DNA of 32,000 nt from Gemmata obscuriglobus (GCF_008065095.1 NZ_CP042911.1:2970001-3002000), one strand, 5' to 3'. Shown: positions 1 through 9,148, numbered from the stretch's first letter. Numbers and translations are program-made. Notes: generated by a model from the letters alone, not told the origin.

Positions 1-60
1 AGGAGTTCGACCACCTGCGAAAGGCCGTTAACGGGAGCTGAATAACGGACGTTCTTCCAT

Positions 61-90
61 CGAGCCGGAGCGGAACGTCGCTCCAGCTCG
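61..90. other. Imperfect GC-rich hairpin between a possible incoming + strand gene end (stop at 39-41) and the SNF2 gene stop
   Basis: cgagc-c-ggagcg / cgctcc-a-gctcg arms around a 6-nt loop. No flanking T-run on either strand, so terminator function is only a guess. Confidence 0.2.
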
Positions 91-130
91 ATGGAGCAAT
101 CAAACGCCTCACAATCCCTCGCTTGACTCC

Positions 131-3100
131 CTAACAATCGCGTTTTCGATTAATCACCGTTGGTGACAGATCAATCCGGAATTTCGTGGCCACCTCTGCA
201 ATTTCGTCCGGTGGCAGTTGGGTCAGAAGGTAGCTGACTAGGTCTTCCTGACGGCTCTGACCGAACACCATTCGGTAAACAGCGAGCGTCCTGCGAAGCG
301 CTTCCATTCTTTCCGCATCGCGACTGAGAGGGAATGTGATCAAGTGTCGCTCAACCGACGCACCGCCCTCAAGTGGGTATACCCAATAAGGCACGAGGTC
401 CGACGTTTCAGGTTTTCGCTCCGCTACGCCCGCAGCGAACAGCGCGTCCCACGGGTCGTCAGAAGTCGTGAGGGCGGCCAAGCCAAATTTCGCTGCCAGA
501 TTTTTTCGCACCGCATGCCCCTTGTAGCGGTGGACGCGGCCCTCGCGCTGCTCAAGGTCGACGGGGTTCGCCGGCAGATTCCAGTGGACCACCGCATGAC
601 AGTAGGGGTGGAAATCGAGCCCTTCTTGTCCGACCGAGGTGGTAGCGAGAACGAACGGCCAGAAGGGGGAATTGAACGATGCGCGCACTTGTTCCGCCCG
701 GTTGGCGCCACGCTCGCTGTCCTCCGACCGCTCTTCGCCGAACCGCACGGCGAACCGCCCGCGCATCGTGCGATTTTCGACTCTCACTGTTCCGCGTTTG
801 CTTGCGCGGACGTCATCGACTCCCAGAGCCGAGGTGCGAAGGGACAACGCCGCGTGCATGCCCGCGGCCACCTCCTCGCTGATCCGTGCACTACTCCCAC
901 CGGTTTTCCCCTGAAGGTCTCTCTGCACGTGTGCGTATTCATCTAATACAGCCTGGATACACCCATCGAGCGAGTATTCAATTGCCCGCCGCCAGTAGGG
1001 CTCTGCGCCGTTCCGGCCGCGGATCATCGCGGTTACTTCGGGGAGATTGAACAAGCGGAGGAGCGCGTGCCCCACCCACCCGGCCTCGTGGCGCAGTAAT
1101 GGTCTCGACGGATCAGGCAACTCCCCCGACACGCGGGCTAATGCCCGAAGGGCCGACACCGCCGGACCCGCGAGCGCGAGCTCGGCGAGAACGTCGACGA
1201 GGTCCGACGGCTGCGGTCCGAGCACCACTTTGCCGGCGACGAGTTCACGCGCGTGAGCGACGTGGGCGTGCCAGAGTGACTCTTCAACGTCACCGTCGGT
1301 GGCGCCGTCGTTTTGTTCACCCGCCCACGAGTCAGCGAGTTCGTTGTCCCTAAACCACGCCCGGGTCGAATCTTCGTGTCGTACGAGGTCAAGCAGGATC
1401 GGTGCTGCCCAGTACCACGCTTCGTCCTCCGCGCCCGTGTCACTCGACGTTGCGAGCGCAGAAACGAGCGGTCGTAAATGCTCGGCAACACGTTTCCTCA
1501 CCGCTTCCAGGGTGAGAGGGTGCTCGAACGGTTCGGCGGAGAGAGCGAGTGCGAGCGGGTCGCCGACCGCCGCGAGTGTCAGACTTGGGTAGACCATTCC
1601 CAACACGGGAAGACCCGTGAGTCGCTCATCGGAGCGGGCAAAGCGCAGGAGCGGCCGTCGGCGTTTTCGTTCGTCGGGGGTGTTCTTCGGGTCCGTCTCG
1701 AACGAGCGCATCATCTCCCGCTCGGCCTCGTAGCTCAGAAGGCACGTGATCGTTTTGGGCACCACGTGCCACGCAGAGAACACGAGCCGCTTTGTGAAGC
1801 GGCCGGCACGCTCGCCGGCGAACGCCCCGGCCGGTTGATAGTAGGGGAGTGACGGCGGCACCCAGAGCAACTCCCACGCGCCGGCACCGACCGTTTCGGC
1901 GGCGAGCTTTCTGAGTCCCGCGTGACCGGGATCGACGGCCTGGTACGCGGACACGTCCTTCCATGAGAGCAGAAGATCCGGAGTCTCCGACAGAATGCCT
2001 GCGAGCGTTTCCTCCCTCGCCGTCACTTCTAGGGCGTCTCGAAAGGCGCGCTTGACCTCATAGTTCTCCATGAAGTTCAAAAGAAACGGCGCCGATTTCC
2101 AAAACTCAAGCACTTCGCCCGCGTCGAGGGCATCGGCGACGCGGCGAAGCTGGGGGTATGTCGCCACGTCCCGCGCCGTGAGTGTGAGGCCCGTGCGCGG
2201 CATCTCCTTGAGCATGCCGTCCCGGTTGTGGGTGACGGCGAGCCGCTCCGTGCGGACGATGGTTTTCCGTAAGCGCCGTTCCAGATCGTGCTTCAGGGCG
2301 AGGAGCCGGTCAAGACTGCCGCGGCCGATGCGGAACAGTTCGCGGCGGAAGTCATCGAGTACGCCTTCGAACCCACGGGCCTCCGACGGCTCAAGGAACG
2401 TGAGCGTGCGCAAGAAGTCCGCGTAGTGGTTGTCGTCGTGCGCCTCTGCGGCGAGCGTGTACATCTTGTACGGAGTTGCTGACAAGAGCAGTACCCGCAC
2501 GTCGTCGTATTCGAACAGGTCGCTCGCAAGCTGCCCGAGTTCGCTGTTATCGGTGAGCAGATCCCGGAACCGCTGGAACTCGTCCAAAACAATGAGGTCG
2601 GGTTTAAGTGCTCTGAGACAGCTTGCGGCGAGCAGAGTGCGCACCTCGCCGATCCAGCGCGCCCGCTTCTCCCGTGCGCCGGCGGGAGCCTCGTCTTTCA
2701 CGTGTCGAAACAGATCGCACAGTTCGTTGAACCGCTCGCGGAGCGTCAGATGGTCTTTCGCCCGTTCGGCGGCCATGTGGTGGTCGAGGCTCTTGAGAAA
2801 TTGCTCGGCGAGCCCCGCGTCAATCACCGGCCCGCCGCTCCCGTCGGAGCGGTCGAGGAGGGAGATGAAGTTCTCGGGCGTGCAGTTGCCCTGAAACACT
2901 TTTCGGGGCGCGACGCCGCTGAACTCCCACGGCTTCTGGAGGAGTCGGTAAAGGAGCACCCGCTCCTGAACGTGGCCGAGGCTCGACTTCAGATCGAAGG
3001 AGGTGCCGGGCGTCAGCGAGATGAAATTGAGCGGATTCCTTTGGAGGTCTTGAATGCGCGTGGGCAGCAACGTGATCCGCTCGGTCCGAACGAACTCTTG

Positions 3101-3391
3101 GGCCTCTGTGACGTTCAACCGGTTTACGTTCTGGCGCGCGATGTCGGCGTTCGAGCAAATGTAGACGACGTCGATGCGGTCTTTTTTGTCCCAAAGGTGG
3201 TCGATGGCTTTGGCAATGACGCCGCGGGCGACGAGAGTTTTCCCGAGCCCGACTTCGTCGGCGACGAGGACGCGCGGGGTGGCGGCAGGACCATAGAGTC
3301 GCGAAAACACATACTCCACCGTATCACGTTGAAAGTCCTTGAGCCCGCGCAGAATGGCTGCGGTGTCGGGCCGCGCGACTCCTGTTCTCAT
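131..3391 (-). CDS. SNF2/SF2-family helicase ATPase (1086 aa from the coupled ATG; the ORF stays open to an ATG at 3430)
   Basis: Motif I ADEVGLGKT, motif II LIVLDEFQ, C-terminal helicase motifs TTSVGQEGLDFH and QREGRVHRYKG. The ATG at 3391 overlaps the PLD gene stop as ATGA and has AGAGGA 7 nt upstream. Confidence 0.9.
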   Translation of the reverse strand: MRTGVARPDTAAILRGLKDFQRDTVEYVFSRLYGPAATPRVLVADEVGLGKTLVARGVIAKAIDHLWDKKDRIDVVYICSNADIARQNVNRLNVTEAQEFVRTERITLLPTRIQDLQRNPLNFISLTPGTSFDLKSSLGHVQERVLLYRLLQKPWEFSGVAPRKVFQGNCTPENFISLLDRSDGSGGPVIDAGLAEQFLKSLDHHMAAERAKDHLTLRERFNELCDLFRHVKDEAPAGAREKRARWIGEVRTLLAASCLRALKPDLIVLDEFQRFRDLLTDNSELGQLASDLFEYDDVRVLLLSATPYKMYTLAAEAHDDNHYADFLRTLTFLEPSEARGFEGVLDDFRRELFRIGRGSLDRLLALKHDLERRLRKTIVRTERLAVTHNRDGMLKEMPRTGLTLTARDVATYPQLRRVADALDAGEVLEFWKSAPFLLNFMENYEVKRAFRDALEVTAREETLAGILSETPDLLLSWKDVSAYQAVDPGHAGLRKLAAETVGAGAWELLWVPPSLPYYQPAGAFAGERAGRFTKRLVFSAWHVVPKTITCLLSYEAEREMMRSFETDPKNTPDERKRRRPLLRFARSDERLTGLPVLGMVYPSLTLAAVGDPLALALSAEPFEHPLTLEAVRKRVAEHLRPLVSALATSSDTGAEDEAWYWAAPILLDLVRHEDSTRAWFRDNELADSWAGEQNDGATDGDVEESLWHAHVAHARELVAGKVVLGPQPSDLVDVLAELALAGPAVSALRALARVSGELPDPSRPLLRHEAGWVGHALLRLFNLPEVTAMIRGRNGAEPYWRRAIEYSLDGCIQAVLDEYAHVQRDLQGKTGGSSARISEEVAAGMHAALSLRTSALGVDDVRASKRGTVRVENRTMRGRFAVRFGEERSEDSERGANRAEQVRASFNSPFWPFVLATTSVGQEGLDFHPYCHAVVHWNLPANPVDLEQREGRVHRYKGHAVRKNLAAKFGLAALTTSDDPWDALFAAGVAERKPETSDLVPYWVYPLEGGASVERHLITFPLSRDAERMEALRRTLAVYRMVFGQSRQEDLVSYLLTQLPPDEIAEVATKFRIDLSPTVINRKRDC

Positions 3392-5241
3392 GGGTGCATC
3401 CTCTGTCTGGCCTGCCACACCGGAAGCCATATCTCGTCGAACCCCGCGGGCAAAAGGCCTTCGCCCGCGGCCCGCAGGTCTTCAACGAGCTTGGCCACTT
3501 GATCGAGTTTGGTCGGGCTCTGGTCGAGCGCCTTCATCAGCGACTCGAACAGGGGCACACCGCCTGCGCCCCACTGAAAGGGCCCGCTGCCAAGTTCGAA
3601 TTCGTCGGCCGCCGATTCGAGCGGGCCGCCCTCGGCGCCGAACTCCGACAGGAGAAACATGAGAAACCGCAGCACCTGCTCCGGCGTACTGAGGAGCCCC
3701 TTGAGAATACGTTCTTTGCGATCGGACGGCGCGCCCGATAGTGGGACGTTGAGCACGAACCGCAGGCAGGCCGTCTTGCCGGACGATTTGGCGATGACGC
3801 GAAACGCAAAGAACGAAGTGAGCGCGGCGAACGAGAGCGCGTGATACGTCGCGAGTGTGGTGCCGCCGGACGTCGCAACGGCTGTGTGCTCAGGGAGCGT
3901 GATCGGCCACGCGCGAACTTCGGCACCGGAGACGAACGGCGAAAGCGTGCCGCTCTCGGTGCGCAACGCTACATCGAACAGTTCGGCCCCCGCTGCCGAC
4001 GAAACATCCGCGACGAGAGCGAGGCCGCTGATTTCCCGTCGCACCGTTTCGGCTAATTCGTCCAGGCTCTTTTGCTCGGCATCGACGACAGTGGCGTCCA
4101 TACCGGGAGTGAAGGGTTGAAGGAGGTCCGCGAACGAGAGGCCGCCGTCGGTCCGTTTCAGGAATATGTCGATCCCGACGCGGCTCTTCCTGCCCACGAG
4201 CTGCACCAGGAACTCGACGTTGCCGCCAAACGCGGCGCTCGTGGCATTCGCCGATCCGGTAAACACGCTCGCGTTCCACCCGTGCTCGGCGATGTAGAGC
4301 TTTGCGTGAAGCCCGCTCGTCGGGGCGCCGGACGGCGCCTCCTCTTCTTCCTCGAACGCCTCCGCTCGGGCTTCCTCAACCTCGGCCGACGGGTTCAACG
4401 CGTGAACCGCAGTGAAGCCGTCGAGCGCGCCGGCCCCTAGCTCTTGGAGCGAGTCGATTCGAGACACGAGGATCGCGTCGTCGGTGATCTCGGTCACGCG
4501 CTCTAACAGAGGGGGCGACAAAAACGGCGACACGACGAGCACGCGGCTGTACCAGTTGCCGAACGGCCACGACGTCCGGCCTTCGATGCCGAGTGGCCAG
4601 AAGCTGATCTCATCGAAACCGTCGGGCGGCACGAAAGGCACGCGCCTCAGCTCCGCCGCACAGAGTTGAACGCGCTCGGCGGTCTCCGCCGGCAGCGGGA
4701 GCTTGGACATCCCCGGAAGCGCTGCGAAGAAGTCGCCGAGCGGGTGGTTCGCCGCGATCGCGTTCTTGCGGCCCCCCAGTTCGCCTTCGAGAACGAGCGC
4801 CGTGTCCCACGAGCGGTCGAAGGTCAAGTTGCGACTGAGGCACAGGACGCGGTAGCACACCGCGCCGTCGGCAGCCACAAAACGTAGCGCCCACACCTTC
4901 GGGTGAAAACTCGTCACCGGGCCGCGGGCCGCCACCTCGAACACCGAGTTTTCGAGATAGCCGAAGAGGACGCGGTGCTGCTTGGGCACGAGCGTCTGGC
5001 CCGCCTGGCAGAACACCGCGATGCGGTCCGAGTAGCGGCGCAGCGCTTCAAGCGTCGCCAGCGGGTCCGCGCTCGGCCGCCCCTCCGCGTCTTGCCAGTC
5101 GAACATGGTGAACGCGAGCGGCGCGGTCAGCAACGCGACCAGGTCGAGGGAGTAAGTGGTGCCCACGGCGAAGTCGAGCGAGTACCCTTCGGGCGGGCGG
5201 AGCGCGTCGAGCAGCAGGCGGCGGTCGTGTGGTCCGAGCAT
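3388..5241 (-). CDS. Phospholipase D-family (HKD) nuclease-like protein, 617 aa
   Basis: Canonical HKD motif LHAKLYIAEHGWNASVFTGSANATSAAF (HxK...GSxN) plus an N-terminal degenerate copy FHPKVWALRF. The start lies 3 nt after the upstream gene stop, and its own stop overlaps the helicase start. Confidence 0.88.
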   Translation of the reverse strand: MLGPHDRRLLLDALRPPEGYSLDFAVGTTYSLDLVALLTAPLAFTMFDWQDAEGRPSADPLATLEALRRYSDRIAVFCQAGQTLVPKQHRVLFGYLENSVFEVAARGPVTSFHPKVWALRFVAADGAVCYRVLCLSRNLTFDRSWDTALVLEGELGGRKNAIAANHPLGDFFAALPGMSKLPLPAETAERVQLCAAELRRVPFVPPDGFDEISFWPLGIEGRTSWPFGNWYSRVLVVSPFLSPPLLERVTEITDDAILVSRIDSLQELGAGALDGFTAVHALNPSAEVEEARAEAFEEEEEAPSGAPTSGLHAKLYIAEHGWNASVFTGSANATSAAFGGNVEFLVQLVGRKSRVGIDIFLKRTDGGLSFADLLQPFTPGMDATVVDAEQKSLDELAETVRREISGLALVADVSSAAGAELFDVALRTESGTLSPFVSGAEVRAWPITLPEHTAVATSGGTTLATYHALSFAALTSFFAFRVIAKSSGKTACLRFVLNVPLSGAPSDRKERILKGLLSTPEQVLRFLMFLLSEFGAEGGPLESAADEFELGSGPFQWGAGGVPLFESLMKALDQSPTKLDQVAKLVEDLRAAGEGLLPAGFDEIWLPVWQARQRMHP

Positions 5242-5244
5242 CGC

Positions 5245-6432
5245 TCACTCCTCCTCGCAGAGACCCTGGCGAATGTCGCGTAGGATCACCCGCGTCGGCC
5301 CCCACCGAAAATCGAGCGCCCCGGTGCCGGCGGCCCCGTTCCAGAGCTCGAGCGCCCGCTGATTGTCGAGGCGCGAGAGCCCGCGCTTGAGCGCCCGCTC
5401 ACGGGTCGCCACGAGCTGCCGGGCGGCACCGCCTGTAGATTTTTTGCCGTCCCCGTCGAGCGCGAGGCCGAGCCACCCGTCGATGAACATTCGCGTCTGC
5501 GGGCTGACCCGCGCTCCCGCACCGACGACGAGTTGCCAGAATTGCGTCCGGTCCCAATCTCGAAGGGCCGCGCCACGTGCCTCAAGCTGTTCGTGCCACT
5601 CGTTGAGGAGCTTGGCGTACTTTTCCACCAAGTCGTCGGCCGGTTTCTTCTCGGCGAGCATTAGGTTGTAGAGGTAGGCCGCCCCGTGGATGGCCTCAGA
5701 GAAGTTACGGGCGTGCGCGAGAAGCTCCTGGAGCGGGGGAGGGAACTCTTTGGAGAGCGGGTGCGCCCACGGAAAATCGACTTCCGCCTCCGCCCCGTCG
5801 GAATCGACCAAGAAGGCGAGAAGCGATTTGGGCACGCGGGCGAGAACGCGGTCGCGCAGGTACTGGGCCTCGCCGGGAGTCAGCCGAAACGTGATGTTCT
5901 CGGGAAACCCCTCGGGCGCGCCGGGAAGCCCCGCGTGCCAGTTCGGCGCGGCCGGCAGCTCGGCGTCGGCGCGGTCCGCGCGGCGGTAGTAGCCATCGAG
6001 CGAGCGGTGGTACTGGTCGAGAGAACCAGGGAAGAGGCAAACGCCCCACACGCGCAGGCCCTGCCAGTACACGCTGCTCGGCAGCCGCTGCAGAGCTTCC
6101 TTTGCCTGCTTGCCGAGGAGTCCCGACGTGTCGTTGGACTTAAGGAGCGCGAAGATGGTCGCGACCTCGCCCTTTCGTGCGCGGTCGCGCGCCTTGTCGC
6201 TCGGCACCCGCCGGTGTTCGAGGTCGCGGTACACCCACGGCACGAAGAAAAAATACCGAGCGCGGGTCTGGATCGTGCTCGTCCCAGGAAAGAACGCGTC
6301 GGCAAAGGCGTCACGCACCGTTCCGATGCCGAGTTCGTCGCGCGTCTCCTGTTCGCGAAACAGGTCGATCACGTCGAGCATCTGGCGTCGATGCTGTTCG
6401 GAGTAATCGAGCCAAGTGAACGTTGATTGCAT
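5245..6432 (-). CDS. Conserved hypothetical protein, first gene of the PLD/SNF2 operon (395 aa from ATG 6432; GTG alternative at 6453)
   Basis: Long ORF with protein-like composition (FTWLDYSEQHRRQMLDVIDLFREQETRDELGIG..., TRARYFFFVPWVY). It is tightly packed with the PLD gene. I recall similar proteins being catalogued as a DUF (DUF6361?) next to helicase+PLD pairs, unverified. Confidence 0.75.
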   Translation of the reverse strand: MQSTFTWLDYSEQHRRQMLDVIDLFREQETRDELGIGTVRDAFADAFFPGTSTIQTRARYFFFVPWVYRDLEHRRVPSDKARDRARKGEVATIFALLKSNDTSGLLGKQAKEALQRLPSSVYWQGLRVWGVCLFPGSLDQYHRSLDGYYRRADRADAELPAAPNWHAGLPGAPEGFPENITFRLTPGEAQYLRDRVLARVPKSLLAFLVDSDGAEAEVDFPWAHPLSKEFPPPLQELLAHARNFSEAIHGAAYLYNLMLAEKKPADDLVEKYAKLLNEWHEQLEARGAALRDWDRTQFWQLVVGAGARVSPQTRMFIDGWLGLALDGDGKKSTGGAARQLVATRERALKRGLSRLDNQRALELWNGAAGTGALDFRWGPTRVILRDIRQGLCEEE

Positions 6433-6545
6433 AGATACTGTGATCCAGTACACGTCGAACGGCGACGAGGGGTATTACAACAAAAGATACCTACACGCTT
6501 AAGCTTGCGGAATCGACTGAAGGGGAAACCGAACGAAAGTAACGG

Positions 6546-6583
6546 GCGTGACGCCGATCGCAAATTACGCCCCGGCGTCACGC
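6546..6583 (-). terminator. Hairpin terminator candidate downstream of the DUF6527-like gene
   Basis: 11-bp perfect stem gcgtgacgccg/cggcgtcacgc with a 16-nt loop, 9 nt after the stop at 6592. On the minus strand it is followed by CCGTTACTTTCGTTC (moderately U-rich). Confidence 0.45.
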
Positions 6584-6591
6584 TGCGTCGC

Positions 6592-7065
6592 TCAAGTTCC
6601 GAAAATCCATTTCCAGAAGCGTGACCACCGTCCGCGCTTTTTCTCCTCGGGGGCAACAGTCGGCACTTTCTGAGGTTGTGGCACCGGCGGCAGTTGCGGT
6701 GCCGGCTGGACATTCGGCGGTGTCCCGTAGTGTTGCGCTCGTGCGTCCCGGTCACGCTGGCGTCCGGCCTCGATCTGCGTATCGCTCCATGGCGGTGCGG
6801 TGAGCACGCGCCCGTGGTCGATGACGTAGTGCGACCGGCACCGCAGGCTCCAGTTGCCGATCGAGGGCCACAAGGAGACGGTTTCTCCGTCGAACGTCAT
6901 GCGCCACTGCGCAGGGCTTAAAGGCGTCACCACCTCTTCGCCGCAACCGCAGCAGCAGATGTGGGAGGCCGTGCAGAACTCGAGTGCGATGTAGAGCACA
7001 CCGGGCTCGAGTTTTTCGGGCACGTACTGCACGAAGCGGTGTTCGAGTCTCTGGCAGCGCATCAT
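6592..7065 (-). CDS. Cys-rich DUF6527-like protein with a P/Q-rich linker and a Trp-rich basic C-terminal tail
   Basis: Motif EFCTASHICCCGCGEEV plus LRCRSH (putative Zn site). The tail is ...PQLPPVPQPQKVPTVAPEEKKRGRWSRFWKWIFGT. The ATG at 7065 overlaps the E1 stop as ATGA. Family name is from memory. Confidence 0.8.
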   Translation of the reverse strand: MMRCQRLEHRFVQYVPEKLEPGVLYIALEFCTASHICCCGCGEEVVTPLSPAQWRMTFDGETVSLWPSIGNWSLRCRSHYVIDHGRVLTAPPWSDTQIEAGRQRDRDARAQHYGTPPNVQPAPQLPPVPQPQKVPTVAPEEKKRGRWSRFWKWIFGT

Positions 7066-8243
7066 GGGAGGTCACCGTTGATGAGCAGATTGCTTTCGGT
7101 CGTGTAGGTCGAGTGGTGCTCCCGTTCCGCGTCGCGGTAGAACCCGCGGATCTTTTTCCACTTCATCACCGCGAGCGCTGCGTTCATCGCGTTCAGCTCG
7201 ACCACCTGGATGTTCGAGGCGTAGACGTCGTCGGCGCCCCCGCCGACGAACGAAATTCGACCGCCGTGAACGTGGTCGCGTTTTTCGGGCGTGCTCGCCG
7301 TCACCCGCAAGATGCCGCCGAGCATCCCGTCCGCGTCCAGGTCGAGGCCCATCCCCACGTCAACGAACGCGGCCCCGATCTTTTCGAGGTGGCGCACCAC
7401 GCCCCGCTTGTCCTCGCCCGCGTCCATGCTCAAGAACGCGAAGGTGGTACCGTCGAGCAGGTGCACGTTGTCGGCCCGCAGGAACGTCCGGTGCGCGACG
7501 ACCCGGCGGTGCATGCGCGAGTAGATCCCACGAAAATACTCGACCTTCGGGAACACCTCGCGCAGTTCCTCGATCGCCGGCGCGCCAGGGGCGCGAAAGG
7601 CGTTGTGTTGGAGAAACTCGTCGCCGTCGAACAGGCGAATCTCTCTCACCGGTGTCTTAGCGACCAGGTCGAGGACGTACGACCCGGTCCCACCGAGCCC
7701 GACGAGCGACACGGTTTCGTGAGAAAGTTTCTCACTCAGCGCGCCGATGCCGACACGGGCCGATGCGGTGTCCAGATAGTTGAAAACGCCGTCGCGTTCG
7801 TCCTCCGGCGTGCGGAACACGCGCGGGTTTGCGCCCTCTTCGAGCACCGCCGCCGGCCCCGAGATGACCCCCGCGTAGGTCGTCATCTTCTCGTGGTAAT
7901 CGGTGTACCCCGAGTCCCTGGGTTTGCTCGAGAAGTGGTACTTGGCGGTCACCCCGTTCCCGAGGTCATAGTTCCCGCTGCTGTGACCGATGCCCTTGAG
8001 TTCGGTGCCGTCGGCGTTGCAGGGAAACTCCCCGTCAAACCACACCTGGTGCGAGTCCGGCTTTTGGGTGACGTCCCCGGCCAGAGTGAGGCCCGAGACG
8101 AGGGTGCCCCGGCGGACGCACTTTTTGCTGTCCACGTAGGGCACTTCGCGCATCACGAGCAGCGCGCCCCGGATCTCGACGAAGTAGCCTTCGTCTCGAA
8201 GGCTCTTCAAGTCCGGGTTACGAGCGAACAGTTCGCGTGACAT
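7062..8243 (-). CDS. E1-like ThiF/MoeB-family adenylyltransferase with an extra ~170-aa N-terminal domain (393 aa)
   Basis: Rossmann motif LVGLGGTGSYVLDLV, then RLFDGDEFLQHNAFR and LSMDAGEDKR (ThiF/E1 adenylation signatures). AAGGGAG lies 8 nt upstream of ATG 8243; the ORF is open to 8282. Confidence 0.85.
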   Translation of the reverse strand: MSRELFARNPDLKSLRDEGYFVEIRGALLVMREVPYVDSKKCVRRGTLVSGLTLAGDVTQKPDSHQVWFDGEFPCNADGTELKGIGHSSGNYDLGNGVTAKYHFSSKPRDSGYTDYHEKMTTYAGVISGPAAVLEEGANPRVFRTPEDERDGVFNYLDTASARVGIGALSEKLSHETVSLVGLGGTGSYVLDLVAKTPVREIRLFDGDEFLQHNAFRAPGAPAIEELREVFPKVEYFRGIYSRMHRRVVAHRTFLRADNVHLLDGTTFAFLSMDAGEDKRGVVRHLEKIGAAFVDVGMGLDLDADGMLGGILRVTASTPEKRDHVHGGRISFVGGGADDVYASNIQVVELNAMNAALAVMKWKKIRGFYRDAEREHHSTYTTESNLLINGDLP

Positions 8244-8940
8244 TGAACCGACTCCCTTTTTTGATTTGAACCGATCCGCCACGGCCGAGTTCCCCGACGG
8301 GCGGCGTCGAAGCGGCGTGGGTGTAGTTCATGGAGAATTCGACGTTCGGGTCGTGGTCGCCCGGGAACGCGAGCTGAACGATCTGCTCGTAGGTCACCGT
8401 GTTCCCGGTAACGGTCTTGGGCCGGCCGTTGACGAAGATCTCGAACGTGGGCACCGGGCGCGGTCCGGTCACGAAGCGCTCGACACCGGCGCCCGCGAGA
8501 TCGACGATGTCACCGGGCTCGATCAGCCGGTCTTGGCCCCCGCGGGCGTCGAGGAACACGGCCTGGCCCGGCCCCACGTTCGCGAGCGTGTACAGAACCG
8601 AGCCGAGCAGGTTCTGCACGCCCCAACTGATCGCGCGCCCGTCGAGCGTGAACCGGTAGACGCGGTCGGTCTTGAACGCGACGAACCGTTCGACGCCCTT
8701 GCCGCGAAGGTCGAAGAGCTCGTCGAGCCGCACGTCTTCGAAGTCGCCGCTCGGCAGGATGGCGAAGAGGCTGTAGTCGTCCACCGGCGCGTACCCCGCG
8801 GACGCGAGGAGTTGGCGTCCGAGCGGCACCGGGTCGGTCGTGGTGTGCGGGCGAAAGTTGAGCGTCTCGTCGCTCACCGCGAACCGGTAAGCGCTCGCCG
8901 CCTTGACCTTCTCGCCGCCGGATTCAGTTGCGTCGTTCAT
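8218..8940 (-). CDS. Multiubiquitin-type protein with three tandem beta-grasp-like repeats (240 aa)
   Basis: Internal repeats are visible: YRFAVSDETL...LRGKGVERFVAF / YRFTLDGRAI...LAGAGVERFVTG / FEIFVNGRPKTVTGNTVTYEQIVQLAF...GSVQIKKGSRFNVTRT. This matches my memory of Pfam Multiubiq. GGAG lies 8 nt upstream of ATG 8940. The 90 codons further upstream in the ORF overlap the terminator and the neighbouring gene end. Confidence 0.8.
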   Translation of the reverse strand: MNDATESGGEKVKAASAYRFAVSDETLNFRPHTTTDPVPLGRQLLASAGYAPVDDYSLFAILPSGDFEDVRLDELFDLRGKGVERFVAFKTDRVYRFTLDGRAISWGVQNLLGSVLYTLANVGPGQAVFLDARGGQDRLIEPGDIVDLAGAGVERFVTGPRPVPTFEIFVNGRPKTVTGNTVTYEQIVQLAFPGDHDPNVEFSMNYTHAASTPPVGELGRGGSVQIKKGSRFNVTRTVRS

Positions 8941-9082
8941 GTGCGTAACTCCGTTGTTAAGTCCGGGTACCATCGCCCGCGGTGTCGTTGCAGCCCCTCG
9001 TCGGGCCTCTACTTCTCTTGAACCGCGGGCGTCTCGAATCCGGCAGTCGGATTTGAAAAAAGATGTGACGGGCTCGATCGGG

Positions 9083-9114
9083 CCAAAAACAAAAGCGGGG
9101 GCATTTGCCCCCGC
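9083..9114 (-). terminator. Rho-independent terminator of the helicase-nuclease operon
   Basis: On the minus strand gcgggggc-aaat-gcccccgc (8-bp GC stem) is followed directly by TTTTGTTTTTGG, 35 nt after the stop at 9149. Confidence 0.75.
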
Positions 9115-9148
9115 CTGTGTGAAAGAACGGTTGTGTGCCCGAATGCAA

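Noticed and set aside
1-41. Possible 3' end of a + strand gene (…EFDHLRKAVNGS-stop)
   Set aside because: Only 13 codons are visible, which is too short to support any call.
6984-8240. 418-aa + strand ORF
   Set aside because: It is antisense to the E1-like gene. The composition is Arg/Val/His/Pro-rich with no motifs, while the minus strand carries clear ThiF signatures. This is a typical shadow ORF of GC-rich DNA.
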